This document shows, piece by piece, positions 1 through 13,311 of a stretch of 64,000 nt of DNA. Within the stretch, counting starts at the first letter, position 1. Each line of letters starts with the position of its first letter. Source of the DNA: Eledone cirrhosa (Eukaryota); the NCBI GenBank assembly GCA_964016885.1, contig OZ024749.1:42098001-42162000 (forward strand), in the 5' to 3' direction. The notes under the pieces are model-generated. The model worked only from the letters and a program-made list of their open reading frames with translations, searched no databases and was not told the origin of the DNA. The position numbers and the translations under genes were made by a program.

Positions 1-358
1 AACGTGACTGGATGAGATGAATAGAAACTGTGATGAATGTTGTGAAGAGAAATAGAATGAGATGGTTGGGTCATGTGTTGAGGAAGGATGAACGTGACTG
101 GATGAGATTAATAAAAACTGTGATGAATGTTGTGAAGAGAAATAGAATGAGATGGTTGGGTCATGTGTTGAAGAAGGATAAAAGTGACTGGAGACAGGAA
201 TAGAGTCAGTGATGGATTTGTGAAGAGAAAGAGAATGAGATGGTTGGGTCATGTGTTGAAGAAGGATGAACGTGACTGGATGAGATGAATAGAAACTGTG
301 ATGAATGTTGTGAAGAGAAATAGAATGAGATGGTTGGGTCATGTGTTGAGGAAGGATC
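1..358 (+). repeat. Four ~90-bp tandem copies of an RTE-clade LINE ORF2 C-terminal segment
   Basis: Unit aacgtgactggatgaga...gaggaaggatg starts near 1, 91, 181 and 269; it translates as IETVMNVVKRNRMRWLGHVLRKDERDWMR, the R..R.RW.GHV.R motif of RTE-type RT C-termini. Confidence 0.8.
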
Positions 359-594
359 CAGCGATGGATGTTGTGAGAGGAGTGATTTTCAGGAATGATT
401 CTCATGAATGATTTTCAGCATCTTTCATAAAAATACAGTAACAAGATGGTTAAATGAAATTAAGCTACCTGTTTAATTATTTCGGATATTGTTGTTTGGC
501 CGCTGTTTCTAGCACTGAAATAGTTCCTTGTGAGTTCAATTTATAATTCATTATTTCTGCTACAAAATTGGCTTACTATATTATTGTTATAAAC

Positions 595-892
595 TGATTG
601 ATGAAGATGATGATGGTAGTAATGATGGTGGTGGTGATGGTGGTGATGATGATAGTGAGAATGATAGTGATGATGGTGGTGGTGATGTGGTAGTGATGAT
701 GGTAGTGATGATGGTGGTAGTAATGATGATGGTGGTGATGGTAGTGATGGTGGTAGTAATGATGATGATGGTAGTGACGGTGATGGTAGTGATGATGACG
801 ATGGTGATGGTGATGGTAGTGATGGTGATGGTGATGGTAGATATGATGACAGTGATGATGATGGTAGTGATGTTATTGCTGCTGCTGATGCT
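595..892. repeat. (GAT/GGT)n trinucleotide low-complexity tract
   Basis: Degenerate gatggt/gatgat repeats; the overlapping ORFs are only M/V or T/I runs. Confidence 0.9.
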
Positions 893-1169
893 GCTTAGTA
901 AGAACAAAATACCGAAAACAAAACCTCCGAAAGTGTTAGGTAATAAAACAAGAGCAGACAACTCCTCACTTATACTAAACTTAAAACCCTAAAGTATATA
1001 ATGATTACTTGTATTCTTATACTTTTTTACTGGTTTCAGTAATCAGACTACGACCATGCTGGGACACAGTATTTACCCCTCTTTTAAGTTTGACACTTAT
1101 TTTATCGATCACTTTTGTAGAACTGCTATGTTATAGTAAGCACGCACGCACACAACACATATATATATG

Positions 1170-1290
1170 GGCTTCTAGCCAGTTTCCGTCAACCAAATTT
1201 CACTCACAGGGCATTGGACAACCTGAGGCTACAGCAGAAGACACTTATCCCAGGGTTATGAAACAAACTTCTTGACCACAGCCTTGTGTA
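1170..1290 (-). mobile_element. Octopus-type SINE fragment (family C)
   Basis: cagtttccgtcaaccaaatttcactcacagggcattgg...gaagacactt; related copies at ~19920-20035 (opposite strand), ~24360-24480 and ~25445-25610. Confidence 0.7.
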
Positions 1291-1313
1291 AACTCTCCCT
1301 CTCTCTTTACATA

Positions 1314-1349
<36 letters not shown>

Positions 1350-2242
1350 TGTGTGCTGTGGCTAAGAAGATTGATTAGCCATTCTAGCATTGAAACGGTT
1401 TAAGCTTAAAATTATATATATATATATATACATATACACACGCACGCACGCACACACACATACACGTGTGTATGCATATGTGTATGTACGTACATGTATG
1501 TATAATGATTACTTGTATTTGTGAGAGAGAGAGAGGGAGAGAGAGAGGGGTGGTGGGGTAGAGGGAGAAAGAGGTGGTGGGGTAGAAGGGAAAAGAAGTG
1601 ACATGCTAAAGTATTTCAAACATTCAAATTGAAGGGAGGAATTAAAATGGAACAGTAGTAATAGTAACAAGAGGACAGAAGAGAACAAAACAAGGTTTAA
1701 TTTAGAGTGTAATATCCTGCCTGGTTGCTGGAAATGTAAGCAAAATATATTTAACACTTTCATTACTGTATTTATAATGAAAAAAGAACACTGTGTCTAT
1801 AATTTTCAAATAATTTCGAAAATAATCAGGAATTTGGTACGGGAGGTGGGTTATGACATAATTTATGGGAACTGCCCGTGTGTGTATTGATGTGTGAAGT
1901 GACAGAGGCAATAATATGTTTTCAACCCTATCGTTACCATGTTTCTAATGAAAAACACTGCATGTGTCTTTAACTCTTTTGTTACCATATTTCTAATGAA
2001 AAACACAGCCTATGATTTTCAAGTAATTTAGATAAATAATAAATAATTTAAAGTATAACTTATTTTCTCATTATCAAGTTAATGTTTCGGATAGACGTTT
2101 TTACATAAACTTATGTTAGAAGGTTTTTAACCCCTCACCATATTTCTAATGATAGATACTGCCTATGCATATCAAATAATTAAGAATTTGGAGGGATTTC
2201 GCAATATAACTTTCTCATTATTAAGTTGGTGAGCATAAAAGT

Positions 2243-2463
2243 TAATTCTTATCATCCTGTATCACATGAAACTGTATTGTTACCAATACATTCTTGAAAA
2301 GAATAAAGCAACTTTATGACTGCATCACATTAAAAATTAAAGTTTTTAGTTTACTGCAAATTCTCACAATTATCTGTCCCATTTTAGTAAAGATATTAAA
2401 AACATTTGAAGTAACAAACTTGTTTTTAGATATTTTCTACTAAATCATTACAGGATGTTAAGA
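2243..2463 (+). mobile_element. TTAA-type MITE (TIR ~CTCTTAACATCCTG), degenerate copy
   Basis: ttcttatcatcctg ... caggatgttaagaa termini; interior aligns with 23432-23660. Confidence 0.7.
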
Positions 2464-3337
2464 ATGTTTTATAAATATAAACACTTTAAAGTAAACAGTT
2501 TTATATCCCAAAAAAACAGTACGAGTTTCAGGAACTTTGGTATCAAAGGAGCTACATTTCTTCCAAAAAGTGCAGAAATAAAACTTCAGATCTAATTATT
2601 TTTTTTAAATGAAGAAACCTGAAAAAATTATCGTAGATAAGTTGCAGTTTTTTTGTGTGTTTGTTTTCAAAACTAAAAAAACACAGCATCTGAAAAGCTG
2701 CTTCTAACTTATCTAAAAAACATTTGTTCTGGGCTTGAAATATTAACCTCCCTAACACCAACCCACCTGTTATTGATTGCTCCTATGATTAAAAAAAAAG
2801 AAAAACCCAACAAAACAAAAACCCCTTCCCTTTTAGAGAGTTCATTAAAATTAAAAACTTTTATAATAATTTTATGAGAACTGTCTTGTTCAATTATTTC
2901 CAAACAAAAGATTAATAATGAAAAGTTTTGTTGTTTTATTAAATTTTTCTTGACCATTAAGCATTATCATTACCAAAATTATTGCAAATACACACAGAGT
3001 AATTCCTTAGAAATATGGTAATAAAAGGGTTAAATAAAACAGCCAAAATAATATACATAAAGAGGGGTGTGACTTATTTAGTAAACACATGCTCTGGGTT
3101 TGAAGTATTAAATGATGAAGCCAAAGTACTATAAACACAGCTCCGGCGGGGGGAGGGGGGGGGGACAAACGTAAAATGGTGATGAAGACGATGATAATGA
3201 TGATGACAATGATAATAGTGATGATGGGTTGTGATTTATATACAAGTATATATATATACTATATAGTAGCTGACAGGACATTTTAAAGTCAGAGTGGGAT
3301 ATTTGGCTAAAAGAAAGTTTTTGTATAAACAACTTAC

Positions 3338-3371
3338 CACTTCTTCTTCGAAAGGTGAAACTTCCAGGCAT
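3338..3371 (-). CDS. Candidate short alternative first coding exon (MPGSFTFRRRS+G), possibly of the PAK gene
   Basis: ATG at 3371 then 11 codons +1 nt, followed by a perfect GTAAGT donor (3337-3332); same phase (1) and strand as the donor of the exon at 16284. No homology evidence. Confidence 0.35.
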
Positions 3372-4261
3372 GACAATGTAAATGTGTTTGAGAGTAGAGA
3401 GAGAGAGAGAGAAGGGAGAGGGGGAAGAGTGGGAGTGAGTGAGAGAGAAAGAAAGAGAGAGAGCTAAATATATAGTCAGTGTGTCACTAAGTCATAATTT
3501 TTCAGCTGATGCCAGTTGATTATTTGTCAAGGCACTTGAACTACAACAACTACTGCTACTACTACAGGAACAACAGCACAGCAGCAGCACTAACAGCAAC
3601 AGCATTAACACCTAAAACTACAATACCACCACCACCACCATTACTGGCTGCTGATGGTCACAGTGATGGTGGTGGGGTGTAGTAGTGATGATGGTGATAC
3701 TAGTGATGCTGGTGGCAGCAGCACTAATGATATCAGCATTAACACCTAAAACTATAATACCACCACCACCACCACCACCATTACTGGTTGCTGATGGTCA
3801 CAGTGATAATGATGGTGCTGCTGGTGTTGATGGTGATAGTGGTTGTGGTGATGAGGGTGGTAGTGATAATGGTGCTGGTGTTGATGGTGGTGGTGATAGT
3901 GGTGGTGATGAGGGTGGTAGTGATAATGGTGCTGGTGGTGTTGATGGTGATAGTGGTGGTGGTGATAGTGGTAGTGATAATGGTGGTGGTGGTGAAGGTG
4001 TGTGATATCAGTGCCTAGAGGATGTAAGTGAAACAAGAGGAAAACATGCTTTAAAACACAGTAAATGCTGTTGCTGTTGTTGTTGCAGCAGCTATTGTAG
4101 TTGTACTTATTATAGTTGTTGTTATCGTTACACACCACCAGGGGTGAGATAGGTGGGCATGCACAACTTTTAAAAGTCTTCACTAAACTTCCATCACACT
4201 CAATACCGACATAACTTATTGAACAGAGGAGACAGAAAACTCATAATAAGGATAATAATAA

Positions 4262-4382
4262 TTATTTCTACTTTTGGCACAAGGCCAGCAATTATCCCAG
4301 TGCATTACTGGTACTTTATTTTATCGACTCCGTAAGGATGAAAAGCAAAGTTAACCTCGGCGGGATTTGAACTCACTCAGGA
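4262..4382 (-). mobile_element. tRNA-derived Octopus SINE (family A), partial
   Basis: ggcacaaggccagcaatt...ctggtactttattttatcga...ggatgaaa..caaagttaacctcggcgggatttgaactca (B-box reverse complement). Related copies at ~5378-5520, 10028-10150, 22838-22975, 35330-35441, 44843-44940, 46830-47850, 53310-53510 and 62279-62460. Confidence 0.85.
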
Positions 4383-4487
4383 TTATAATAATAATAATTA
4401 TAGTAATAACTAACAACAACATAAACAACAGAAATTTGATCCCAAATTTACTGATTTTCCTTTAAGAAATGAGACTGACATATATAT

Positions 4488-4542
<55 letters not shown>

Positions 4543-4627
4543 TCTTCCTGCTATTTCAGGCGTTAACCTAATATATTCCTTCTATATACTGTACTGATTG
4601 TGTTATTTCTGTTTATATATATATATA

Positions 4628-4850
4628 AGTTATGTAATAACAACATAAGATAATTATTTCATTTACCAGTGGTTTCTTGAAGACAGATATTTAGGTCTGT
4701 CTTCATTTATCAGAAAAATAATAAACCACTGGTAAATGAAATAATTATCTTATGTTTATTACATAACTAAAAAGCTCTGTAGCCTACATAGAGCACTCTC
4801 TTTTCCTTTACCATTCCTACGGAAATACTTCATTTACATTCACACATATA
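4628..4850 (+). mobile_element. Palindromic Penelope-like pLTR remnant in (TA)n
   Basis: Inverted arms 4628-4675 / 4723-4768, then GCTC...GAGC stem (4774-4794) and a tail ending in (TA)n; contains a decayed hammerhead. Confidence 0.65.
4654..4721 (-). ncRNA. Type I hammerhead ribozyme, decayed (core CUGAUAA)
   Basis: Minus strand reads uuauuuuu-CUGAUAA-a-UGAAGACAGA(ccuaaaua)UCUGUCUUCA-a-GAAA-CCacuGG-UA-aaugaaauaa: 10-bp stem II, GUA cleavage triplet, bulged stem I; G8>A is expected to inactivate it. Confidence 0.65.
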
Positions 4851-5649
4851 TATAAATATAAAATAAAAGAGACGGTTTTAGTCGTACATCATTTTATTAT
4901 CTAATTCGATTATACGTATTACAAAGAAGCAAGTGTTGTTATATAATAACCCCCTAGCATGTTTTCATCAGATGGAGAAAGATATATTTTCCTATCCATT
5001 GATATGTTACTGGTTTAATGTGATGTTTACATTGTTGTCCAGTACCCATATCAATATATATATATACATATATATAGCTGCCATGCAACCTGGGCCCAAT
5101 ATTATACAATATCATCCTCATGCACAAAATTACATTGCTCATGTGATGGCTGAAGAGGAAGAGATCTTTTTTGTCCATTTGTCCCATGTATTTCATTTTT
5201 TTCTTTTCATGTGCAAATTTGCTACGTTGTGTGTGTAAGTGTATGTGTTTTATACAGAGATTCTTTGCCCTATGGTTAAGTTTATACTGTTTCAATAACA
5301 CATGCATGTGTGTATATATATATATATATATATAGTTGATGAGCAAAAGAAGAACATTTTTTTTGTCAGGATAAATAATTGTTTCTACTTTTGGCACAAG
5401 GCCAGCAATTTGAAGGGAAGGGGAGGGAACTTGATTAAATCGCCCCCTCCCTCCTCTATAACAATGAAAGGCAAAGCTAACTTTAGCGGGATTTGAACTT
5501 AGAAAATAAAGTGCTGTAACTTGTCAGGATAGATAACACCAAGTAAATATATACTCCCTACAATTGTGTCCCAACACATGCAAGCAGACGTAAAAGCGAT
5601 GATGATGATACATATGTGTGAATATCTATGTTTGCACATATAAGCATTG

Positions 5650-5761
<112 letters not shown>

Positions 5762-6033
5762 TGTTTTGTTTAAACAGAGTTTAAATATAACATCTTCACA
5801 CTCACTGTTACACTTTTGAGTACTTTAGGGTAAGTGGCCCTTACTGTGGTCCCTGAACTGGTAACCCTCAACATTGACACACACACACGCGTGTGTGTGT
5901 GTACATGTTTGGAGTGGCAGAAAGGTGAAGGTGGTGTTGCTGAGAAATTGCATATTGAAATTTTGGTCATATGAGAGAGAGGTGGGGGGAAAGAGTGAAG
6001 GAGAGAGAGAGAGAGGTGGGGGGGAAAGAGTGA

Positions 6034-6093
<60 letters not shown>

Positions 6094-6170
6094 CTATGCT
6101 GGTCAAGAAGCTTATACACCAACACACACAAACTTACAGATACACACCCTCAAAGACATACACTAACACA

Positions 6171-6201
<31 letters not shown>

Positions 6202-7049
6202 AGCAAGTATCTGCTCCATATGAGTCACATCCCATGGTAGGCCATAGTGGTACTTAGAGTAAGGTCAGACCTGTAGTTGTAGTAGTAGTAGTAGTAACAC
6301 TCACTATACACAGCTCAACATATAGTGTAGTAGTAGCAATAGGAGTGTTGCTTGTGGTGGTGGTGGTGGTGGTGGTGGTGGTGCTGCTGCTAGAACTGAG
6401 TAATAGATTTATTGATAGAAATAGATAGATAGGTATGTAGATATATAGATGATAGATAGATAGATACATTGATAGAGAGATAGGTAGGTAAAGAGATAGA
6501 AATGGAATGAGAGGGAGTGGGGAGATTTAGGGAAGGAAACAGTGGAGGATAGGGGAGGGTTAGTAATCAGAAAATTGGTTAGTAATTGTGTATGTAAGTG
6601 TACATGTAAATCTATGTAGGCATGCATGTGAGCATCAGTGTGTGTGTGCGTGAGTATATATGTATGTATGTGTAAGCATCTGTCTATATGAATGTTTGTG
6701 ACTATCTATGCATATGTATGAGCATCTGTGGATGTGTGCATCTGTGTGTATATGTGAGCATCTGTGTATGTATGTGTGAGCACCTGCGAATGTGTACACG
6801 TGAGCATCTGGGTGTATGTGTGTTTGAGAGAGAGTGAGTGAGTGAGTGAATGAGAGAGAGAGTGAGTGAGTGAATGAGAGAGAGAGTGAGTGAGTGAATG
6901 AGAGAGAGAAAGAGTGAGTGAATTCTATCCACAAGAGAAGATGACAAAAATGTGACCAAAGAATCTATTCAGGTCTCTTATTAAAAACTACTACAACAAT
7001 AACAACAATGATATCTTTTTTTTTTATAAATAGTAATAATAATAATAAT

Positions 7050-7545
7050 GGTTTCAGATTTAAGCACAAGGCCTGATTTGGCAGAAGGGAAGTTGATTAA
7101 ATCAACCCCAAAAGGTGACTGGTACTTTATTTTATCAATCCAGTAAAAGACAAAGCTAACCACGGTGGGATTTGAACTCAGAATGTAAAGTAACCCTATG
7201 CTATAAAGCACGTTGTCCGACGCTGCAAAGCACGTTGTCCGACGCTGCAAAGCACGTTGTCCGACGCTGCAAAGCACGTTGTCCGACGCTGCTAAGCACG
7301 TTGTTCAATGCTGCTAAGCATGTTGCCCGATGCTGCAAAGCATGTTGCCCGATGCTGCAACGGATGTTGCCCGATGCTGCAAAGCATGTTGCCCGATGCC
7401 CCACCAATACTGCCAATCCACAACAATAATGGCACAAGGCCAGCAATTTTTTTTTGGGGGGGAGTCAATTAAATCGACCCCAGTTCATTACTGGTACTTT
7501 ATTTTATCAACCCCCATAAGGATGAAAGGCAAAGTTAACCTCGAA
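7050..7545 (-). mobile_element. Family A SINE copies with an internal 22-bp tandem expansion
   Basis: SINE core at ~7050-7190 and ~7430-7545; ~9 copies of aagcacgttgtccgacgctgca at ~7206-7398, matching the A-box to B-box spacer of the SINE head. Confidence 0.8.
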
Positions 7546-7991
7546 TAATAATGATAAATAATGAGAGGAATAATTTTTTTTTAGAAATCGACTGACAAGA
7601 TGGCAGACCTCATTCGATTAGTGAGTGAGGTGGAACTTGTCAAATTGGACCAAGAAAACAATATTTCCATTGCTGATATCATCTACCGGTCAGACAGCTC
7701 TTTCTGCCAGGAAAAAGCAGTGTGAAATAAAGTGTCTTGCTCAAGGACATAATGGGAATCGAACTCGCAACTTCATGATTACTAATCCAATTCTCTGAAC
7801 ACTAAGCCATGTGCCTTCACAACAATAACACTAATAATAACCACAGCAAACAACAATAACAACCACTGTGAATTATTTTGTAGTTGAAATATAAAAGAAA
7901 AAAGAAATCCCATGTTTCTTTGTTCTGTCCACATGAATGTTGGTCTACCATATATATATATATATGCACACACACTTCTTTGTTCACTCAT

Positions 7992-8024
<33 letters not shown>

Positions 8025-8278
8025 CATTATGTATATACACAGAAAACACACATAACACATACAATCTTTTACTGGTTCCAGTCATTTGTCTGTGGCCATG
8101 CTGGGGCATCACATTCAACAGTGGTTAGTCAATGACATCAATCACCTCCCCAGTACATATATCTGCCTGCTACACCTACTTATGTTACTAATCTATATTT
8201 TATTGACTGTCTAACTTACTATTTTGGTACAATACCAGTTTGTTTTCAACTGAAATACATAAACACAAACACATACAT

Positions 8279-8329
<51 letters not shown>

Positions 8330-8509
8330 TACACACACATTTTCAAACACACTGTACACAAAGACATTAGCAGACACTCAAACAGACACATTCACAGGTA
8401 CGCTCACACAGACACATTCACAGGTACACACACACATAGACATATACACAAACACATACATAGTGTGCAAAAGAGAAGGTTGTGCTTGCTAGCACAGACA
8501 TGTGATGTA

Positions 8510-9885
8510 GATGGCCAGAGGGATGGACAGAGGGATGGACAGATAGATGGACAGATAGATGGACAGACAGATGGACAGACAGATGGACAGACAGATGGAC
8601 AGATAGATGGACAGACAGATGGACAGATAGATGGACGGACGGACAGATGGACAAATAGATGGACGGACGGACAGATGGACAGAGAGATGGACGGATGGAC
8701 AGATAGATGGATGGACAGATGGACGGAAAGATGGACTGATGGACAGAAAGATGGACTGATGGACAGACAGATGGATGGATGGATGGACAGACAGATGGAC
8801 GGATGGACAGATAGATGGAGGGATGGATGGACAGATAGATGGACGGATGGACAGATGAACGGATGGATGGACAGATAGATGGACTGATGGACAGATAGAT
8901 AGACGGATGGACAGATAGATAGACGGATGGACAGATGAACGGATGGATGGACAGATAGATGGACGGATGGACAGATAGATGGACGGATGGACAGATGGAC
9001 AGATAGATGGACGGATGGACAGATAGATAGACGGATGGACAGATAGATGGACGGATGGACAGATAGATGGACGGATGGACAGATAGATGGACGGATGGAC
9101 AGATAGATGGACGGATGGACAGATAGATAGACGGATGGACAGATGAACGGATGGATAGACAGATAGATGGACGGATGGACAGATAGATGGACGGATGGAC
9201 AGATAGATGGACGGATGGACAGATAGATGGACGGATGGACAGATAGATAGACGGATGGACAGATGAACGGATGGATAGACAGATAGATGGACAGATGGAC
9301 AGATAGATGGACGGATGGACAGATAGATAGACGGATGGACAGATAGATGGACGGATGGACAGATAGATGGACGGATGGACAGATAGATAGACGGATGGAC
9401 AGATGAACGGATGGATAGACAGATAGATGGACGGATGGACAGATAGATGGACGGATGGACAGATAGATGGACGGATGGACAGATAGATGGACGGATGGAC
9501 AGATAGATGGACGGATGGACAGATATATAGACGGATGGACAGATGAACGGATGGATAGACAGATAGATGGACGGATGGACAGATAGATGGATGGATGGAC
9601 AGATGAACGGATGGATGGACAGATAGATGGACGGATGGACAGATAGATGGACTGATGGACGGATGACGAGATAGATGGACGGATGGACAGATGATGGATG
9701 GACAGATAGATGGACTGATGGACAGATAGATGGACAGATAGATGGACAGATAGATGGACGGATGGACTGACAGATGGACGGACAGATGGACGGACAGATG
9801 GACAGACAGATGGACGGACAGATGGACAGACAGATGGACGGACGGATGGACAGATAGATGGACGGATGGACAGATAGATGGATGA
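8510..9885. repeat. Compound tetranucleotide satellite (GATG/GACA/GATA/GACG) with a 20-bp higher-order unit
   Basis: Long runs of agatagatggacggatggac; explains the 546-aa SICPSVHL pseudo-ORF. Confidence 0.95.
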
Positions 9886-10806
9886 AGAAATGAATAGCAG
9901 GATGATGATTGTTGGGTGAAGAAGTATCAAGTGGAATGAAGATGCAGAAAAGGAAGACCGGGGTAAAATGAGGGCTGAAGTGGTGATAGTTGATGTCAGG
10001 ACACTGAACCTTACAGAATAGATAAGTGTTTCTACTTTTGGCACAAGGCCAGCAATTATCCCAGTGTATTACTGGTACTTTATTTTATGAAAGGCAAAGT
10101 TAACCTCGGCGGGATTTGAACTCAGATCGTAAAGGGACGTAGCAAAGCCACAAGTGATGGAGGAAAGTTGTACTGGAGAAGTAGACCCTTCCAACCCATG
10201 CAAAGACGGACAGGCAGATGTAGAAATGATGATGATGGCGGTGATGGTGATGATGGTGGTGATGATGATGATGGTGGTGGTGGTGGTGGTGATGGTGATG
10301 ATGAATCTGGGAGTATATGAATAGATCCAGTACATGTATCCCTGTGTTGTAAGAGTTAACTGGTACCACGACAGGAACTTGGCTGTAAAACGCAGACTCC
10401 AAAATATCCCATTCGACCCATGCCAGCATGGAAAAGCAGATGTGATGACAACAATGATGATGTTGATGATGTTACCAAATTCACTTCATGAGGTACTCTG
10501 CAGTAGAGTAGAAAAAAACCCCTGCACAAGATGTCACAGCATGGGCTTGAAAACACAACTACAAGCAGAAATCTTACCACACAACTATGTATACACATAT
10601 ACACACACACACACACACACGTGTGTGTATGTGTATATGTATGTATGTATGTACGTATATATATATATATATATATAATCTACAGAGGTTGAAAACTCAT
10701 TCAGCCTTTTTGAGTTACTGCTGGACCAAGGATATTGATTAGCATAGAGATTATATAATCTTTACCAGGATATATATTGGTAAACTCCAATATAACCTAA
10801 CATATA

Positions 10807-10887
<81 letters not shown>

Positions 10888-10892
<5 letters not shown>

Positions 10893-11077
10893 AAAATGTA
10901 TGACCTCGACGGCAGAGCTCAAGCTATTTCGACGGCTATTTCTGGACGTCCAGGAATAGCATCGAAACAGCTTGAGCTCTGCTGTCGGGGTCATACATTT
11001 TCCTATTACCTACTCTACTACTCTAAATATTGAGTACTCTGGCGCGTTATGGTCCATCTGGTTCCTTACCACAACTC

Positions 11078-11083
<6 letters not shown>
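10888..11083 (+). mobile_element. Palindromic Penelope-like pLTR remnant with the 3' half of a hammerhead, in (TA)n
   Basis: Near-perfect palindrome 10888-11006 centred at 10947/8; right arm has GAAA-CAGC(ttgagctct)GCTG-TC; then ACTC...GAGT and a tail also present at 13317-13370. Confidence 0.65.
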
Positions 11084-11156
<73 letters not shown>

Positions 11157-11599
11157 AGCAGAGAGAGAAGCAGAGGGGGAAAGAGAAGGAGAGAGAGAGA
11201 GAAATAAATAAGAATGTGCAGACCAAAAAACAATAGAAAGCTGAAATGTTCCCTAACACCGACAACTGCAGCAACAACAACATGACACATGACACGCAGT
11301 ACTGGTGTAACAGTTTCAGTCCCTGCTGAAAAGAGTGATGTAGTGGAAGTACAGGAGACAGAGAGAGAGGGGGGGGGGGGGATAGAAAGGGAGACAGAGA
11401 CAGAGAGAGAGTATAATACAAAGAAGGTAAGACACAACACTATGTATCCCTAATTTTAGTTCTATACAGTGCTGCCATTTGTTGATGGGGACTCTAAACT
11501 ATTGCCTAACTTTAGCCCTTCAGTTGGTTCAAAACTTTTGGGAGTTCTGGCCATGCTGGAGTACTGTATTTTCCATTAATGTACTACATCATGTTTTGT

Positions 11600-11947
11600 T
11601 GAGTTTACTGTGCGTGTATGTGTATATATACATATATATATATATATATACATACATACATACATATATATATGTACATACATACATACATATATACATG
11701 TACATACATACATACATATATACATGTACATACATACATATATACATGTACATACATACATATATACATACATACATATATACATGTACATACATACATA
11801 TATACATACATACATATATACATGTACATACATACATATATACATACATACATACATATATACATACATACATATATACATACATACATACATATATACA
11901 TACATACATACATATATATATACATACATATATATATACATACATAC

Positions 11948-11994
<47 letters not shown>

Positions 11995-12044
11995 CATACA
12001 TATATATATATACATACATATATACATACATATATATATATACA

Positions 12045-12080
<36 letters not shown>

Positions 12081-12087
12081 CATACAT

Positions 12088-12120
<33 letters not shown>
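11600..12120. repeat. (TACA)n/(TA)n compound microsatellite
   Basis: Direct inspection. Confidence 0.95.
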
Positions 12121-12222
12121 CGAACATAAATTATCGAGATTCGCATTTCGGCCCACGAAATAACGAAAAATAACCTCCGAGATGTGAGGCAAGTGCTCAA
12201 TGATTCAGATGAACCAGAGCTA
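12121..12222 (-). mobile_element. Tail-only insert of the same class between (TA)n tracts
   Basis: Minus strand begins GCTC-tggttcatctgaatcatt-GAGC-act followed by ~75 nt, flanked on both sides by (TA)n. Confidence 0.45.
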
Positions 12223-12251
12223 TATATATATATATATATATATATAGATAT

Positions 12252-12438
12252 ATATAGAAAAGCTTCTACAGGACTAGAACTGTTTTATTCGTGAGAAATC
12301 ATCAGGGCTTCCTGATGATTTCTCACGTATGAAACAGTTCTAGTCCTGTAGAAGCTTTTCTATATTAAAACATTTATACTCTGCTATGTATTGAGTACTT
12401 ACTTACTGTGGTTACTCTCGATTGAACCTGGAATAACA
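12252..12438 (+). mobile_element. Palindromic Penelope-like pLTR remnant in (TA)n
   Basis: Palindrome 12252-12365, then TACTC-tgctatgtatt-GAGTA and tail ...ggttactctcgattgaacc; homologous tail at ~48085-48148. Confidence 0.7.
12305..12357 (+). ncRNA. Type I hammerhead ribozyme
   Basis: ggGCUUC-CUGAUGA-uuucucacguau-GAAA-CAG(uucuaguc)CUG-UA-GAAGCuu: intact core, stem I GCUUC/GAAGC extended by G-U pairs, stem III CAG/CUG, GUA site at 12348-12350; stem II weak. Confidence 0.7.
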
Positions 12439-12873
12439 TATATATATATTCATGCATACATACACACACACACACACACGCATGCATATATATGTATGTG
12501 TGTGTCTATGCATGAATGTATATACACACACACATACACTTGTCTTTACATTGTAGATATGTGTGCATGCGCATACATATGTGTATGTGTGCACATGTGA
12601 ATAAGTGTGAATGTGTGTGCATTTGTGTGTATGTATGCGTGCGTGCGTGTGCATTTGTGTGTGTATATGCGTGTGTGCTTGTGAGTATGTTAATGTGTGA
12701 GTGTGTGTGTGTGTGTGTATATACGTGTGTATGCCATTGACATACAATATATATATATATGTTATAAATATAATGTAAGAATAATTTATAGATATATACA
12801 CATATATATATATATACATACACACACACATATATATATAATCATCATCGTTTAACATCCATTTTCTATGCTA

Positions 12874-12966
<93 letters not shown>

Positions 12967-12967
<1 letters not shown>

Positions 12968-13311
12968 GCACATGGCTTAGTGGTTAGAACATTGGGCTTG
13001 CAATCGAAAGGTTGTGAGTTCAATTCTCAGACCGGGTGATGTGTTGTTTCCTTGAGCAAGACACTTTATTTCACATTGCTCCAGTTTACTCAGCTGTAGA
13101 AATGAGATGATAGGGACTGGGGTCCATATCATTCCACTGCAAAGTGATCGTGGAGGTGCCACGGCAAAAGAGCATCCAGCACTCACTGTAAATGAGGTTG
13201 GTGTTAGGAAGGGCATCCAGCTGTAGAAATCAAGCCAGAATCAGTTCCCGTCCCACCCTTGCAAGCAGGGAAAAGCGGACATAAAATGATGATGATGATG
13301 ATGATGATGAT
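12967..13311 (+). mobile_element. Full-length tRNA-derived SINE (family B) with LINE-like 3' end and (GAT)n tail
   Basis: A box tggcttagtggtta, B box gagttcaattc, core ccttgagcaagacactttatttcacattgct, 3' ggaagggcatccagctgtagaaa...gatgatgat. Confidence 0.85.

Noticed and set aside
7600-7725. 41-codon + strand ORF MADLIRLVSEVELVKLDQ...
   Set aside because: Short, no recognisable homology or splice support, ends inside a SINE fragment.
8404-10044. 546-aa ORF and other long ORFs (11479-12200, 14087-15147, 33977-34841, 37824-38628, 57959-59958)
   Set aside because: Translations of microsatellites or minisatellites with no domain content.
12967-13035. tRNA gene
   Set aside because: A/B boxes run into a SINE body present in several copies; no complete cloverleaf.
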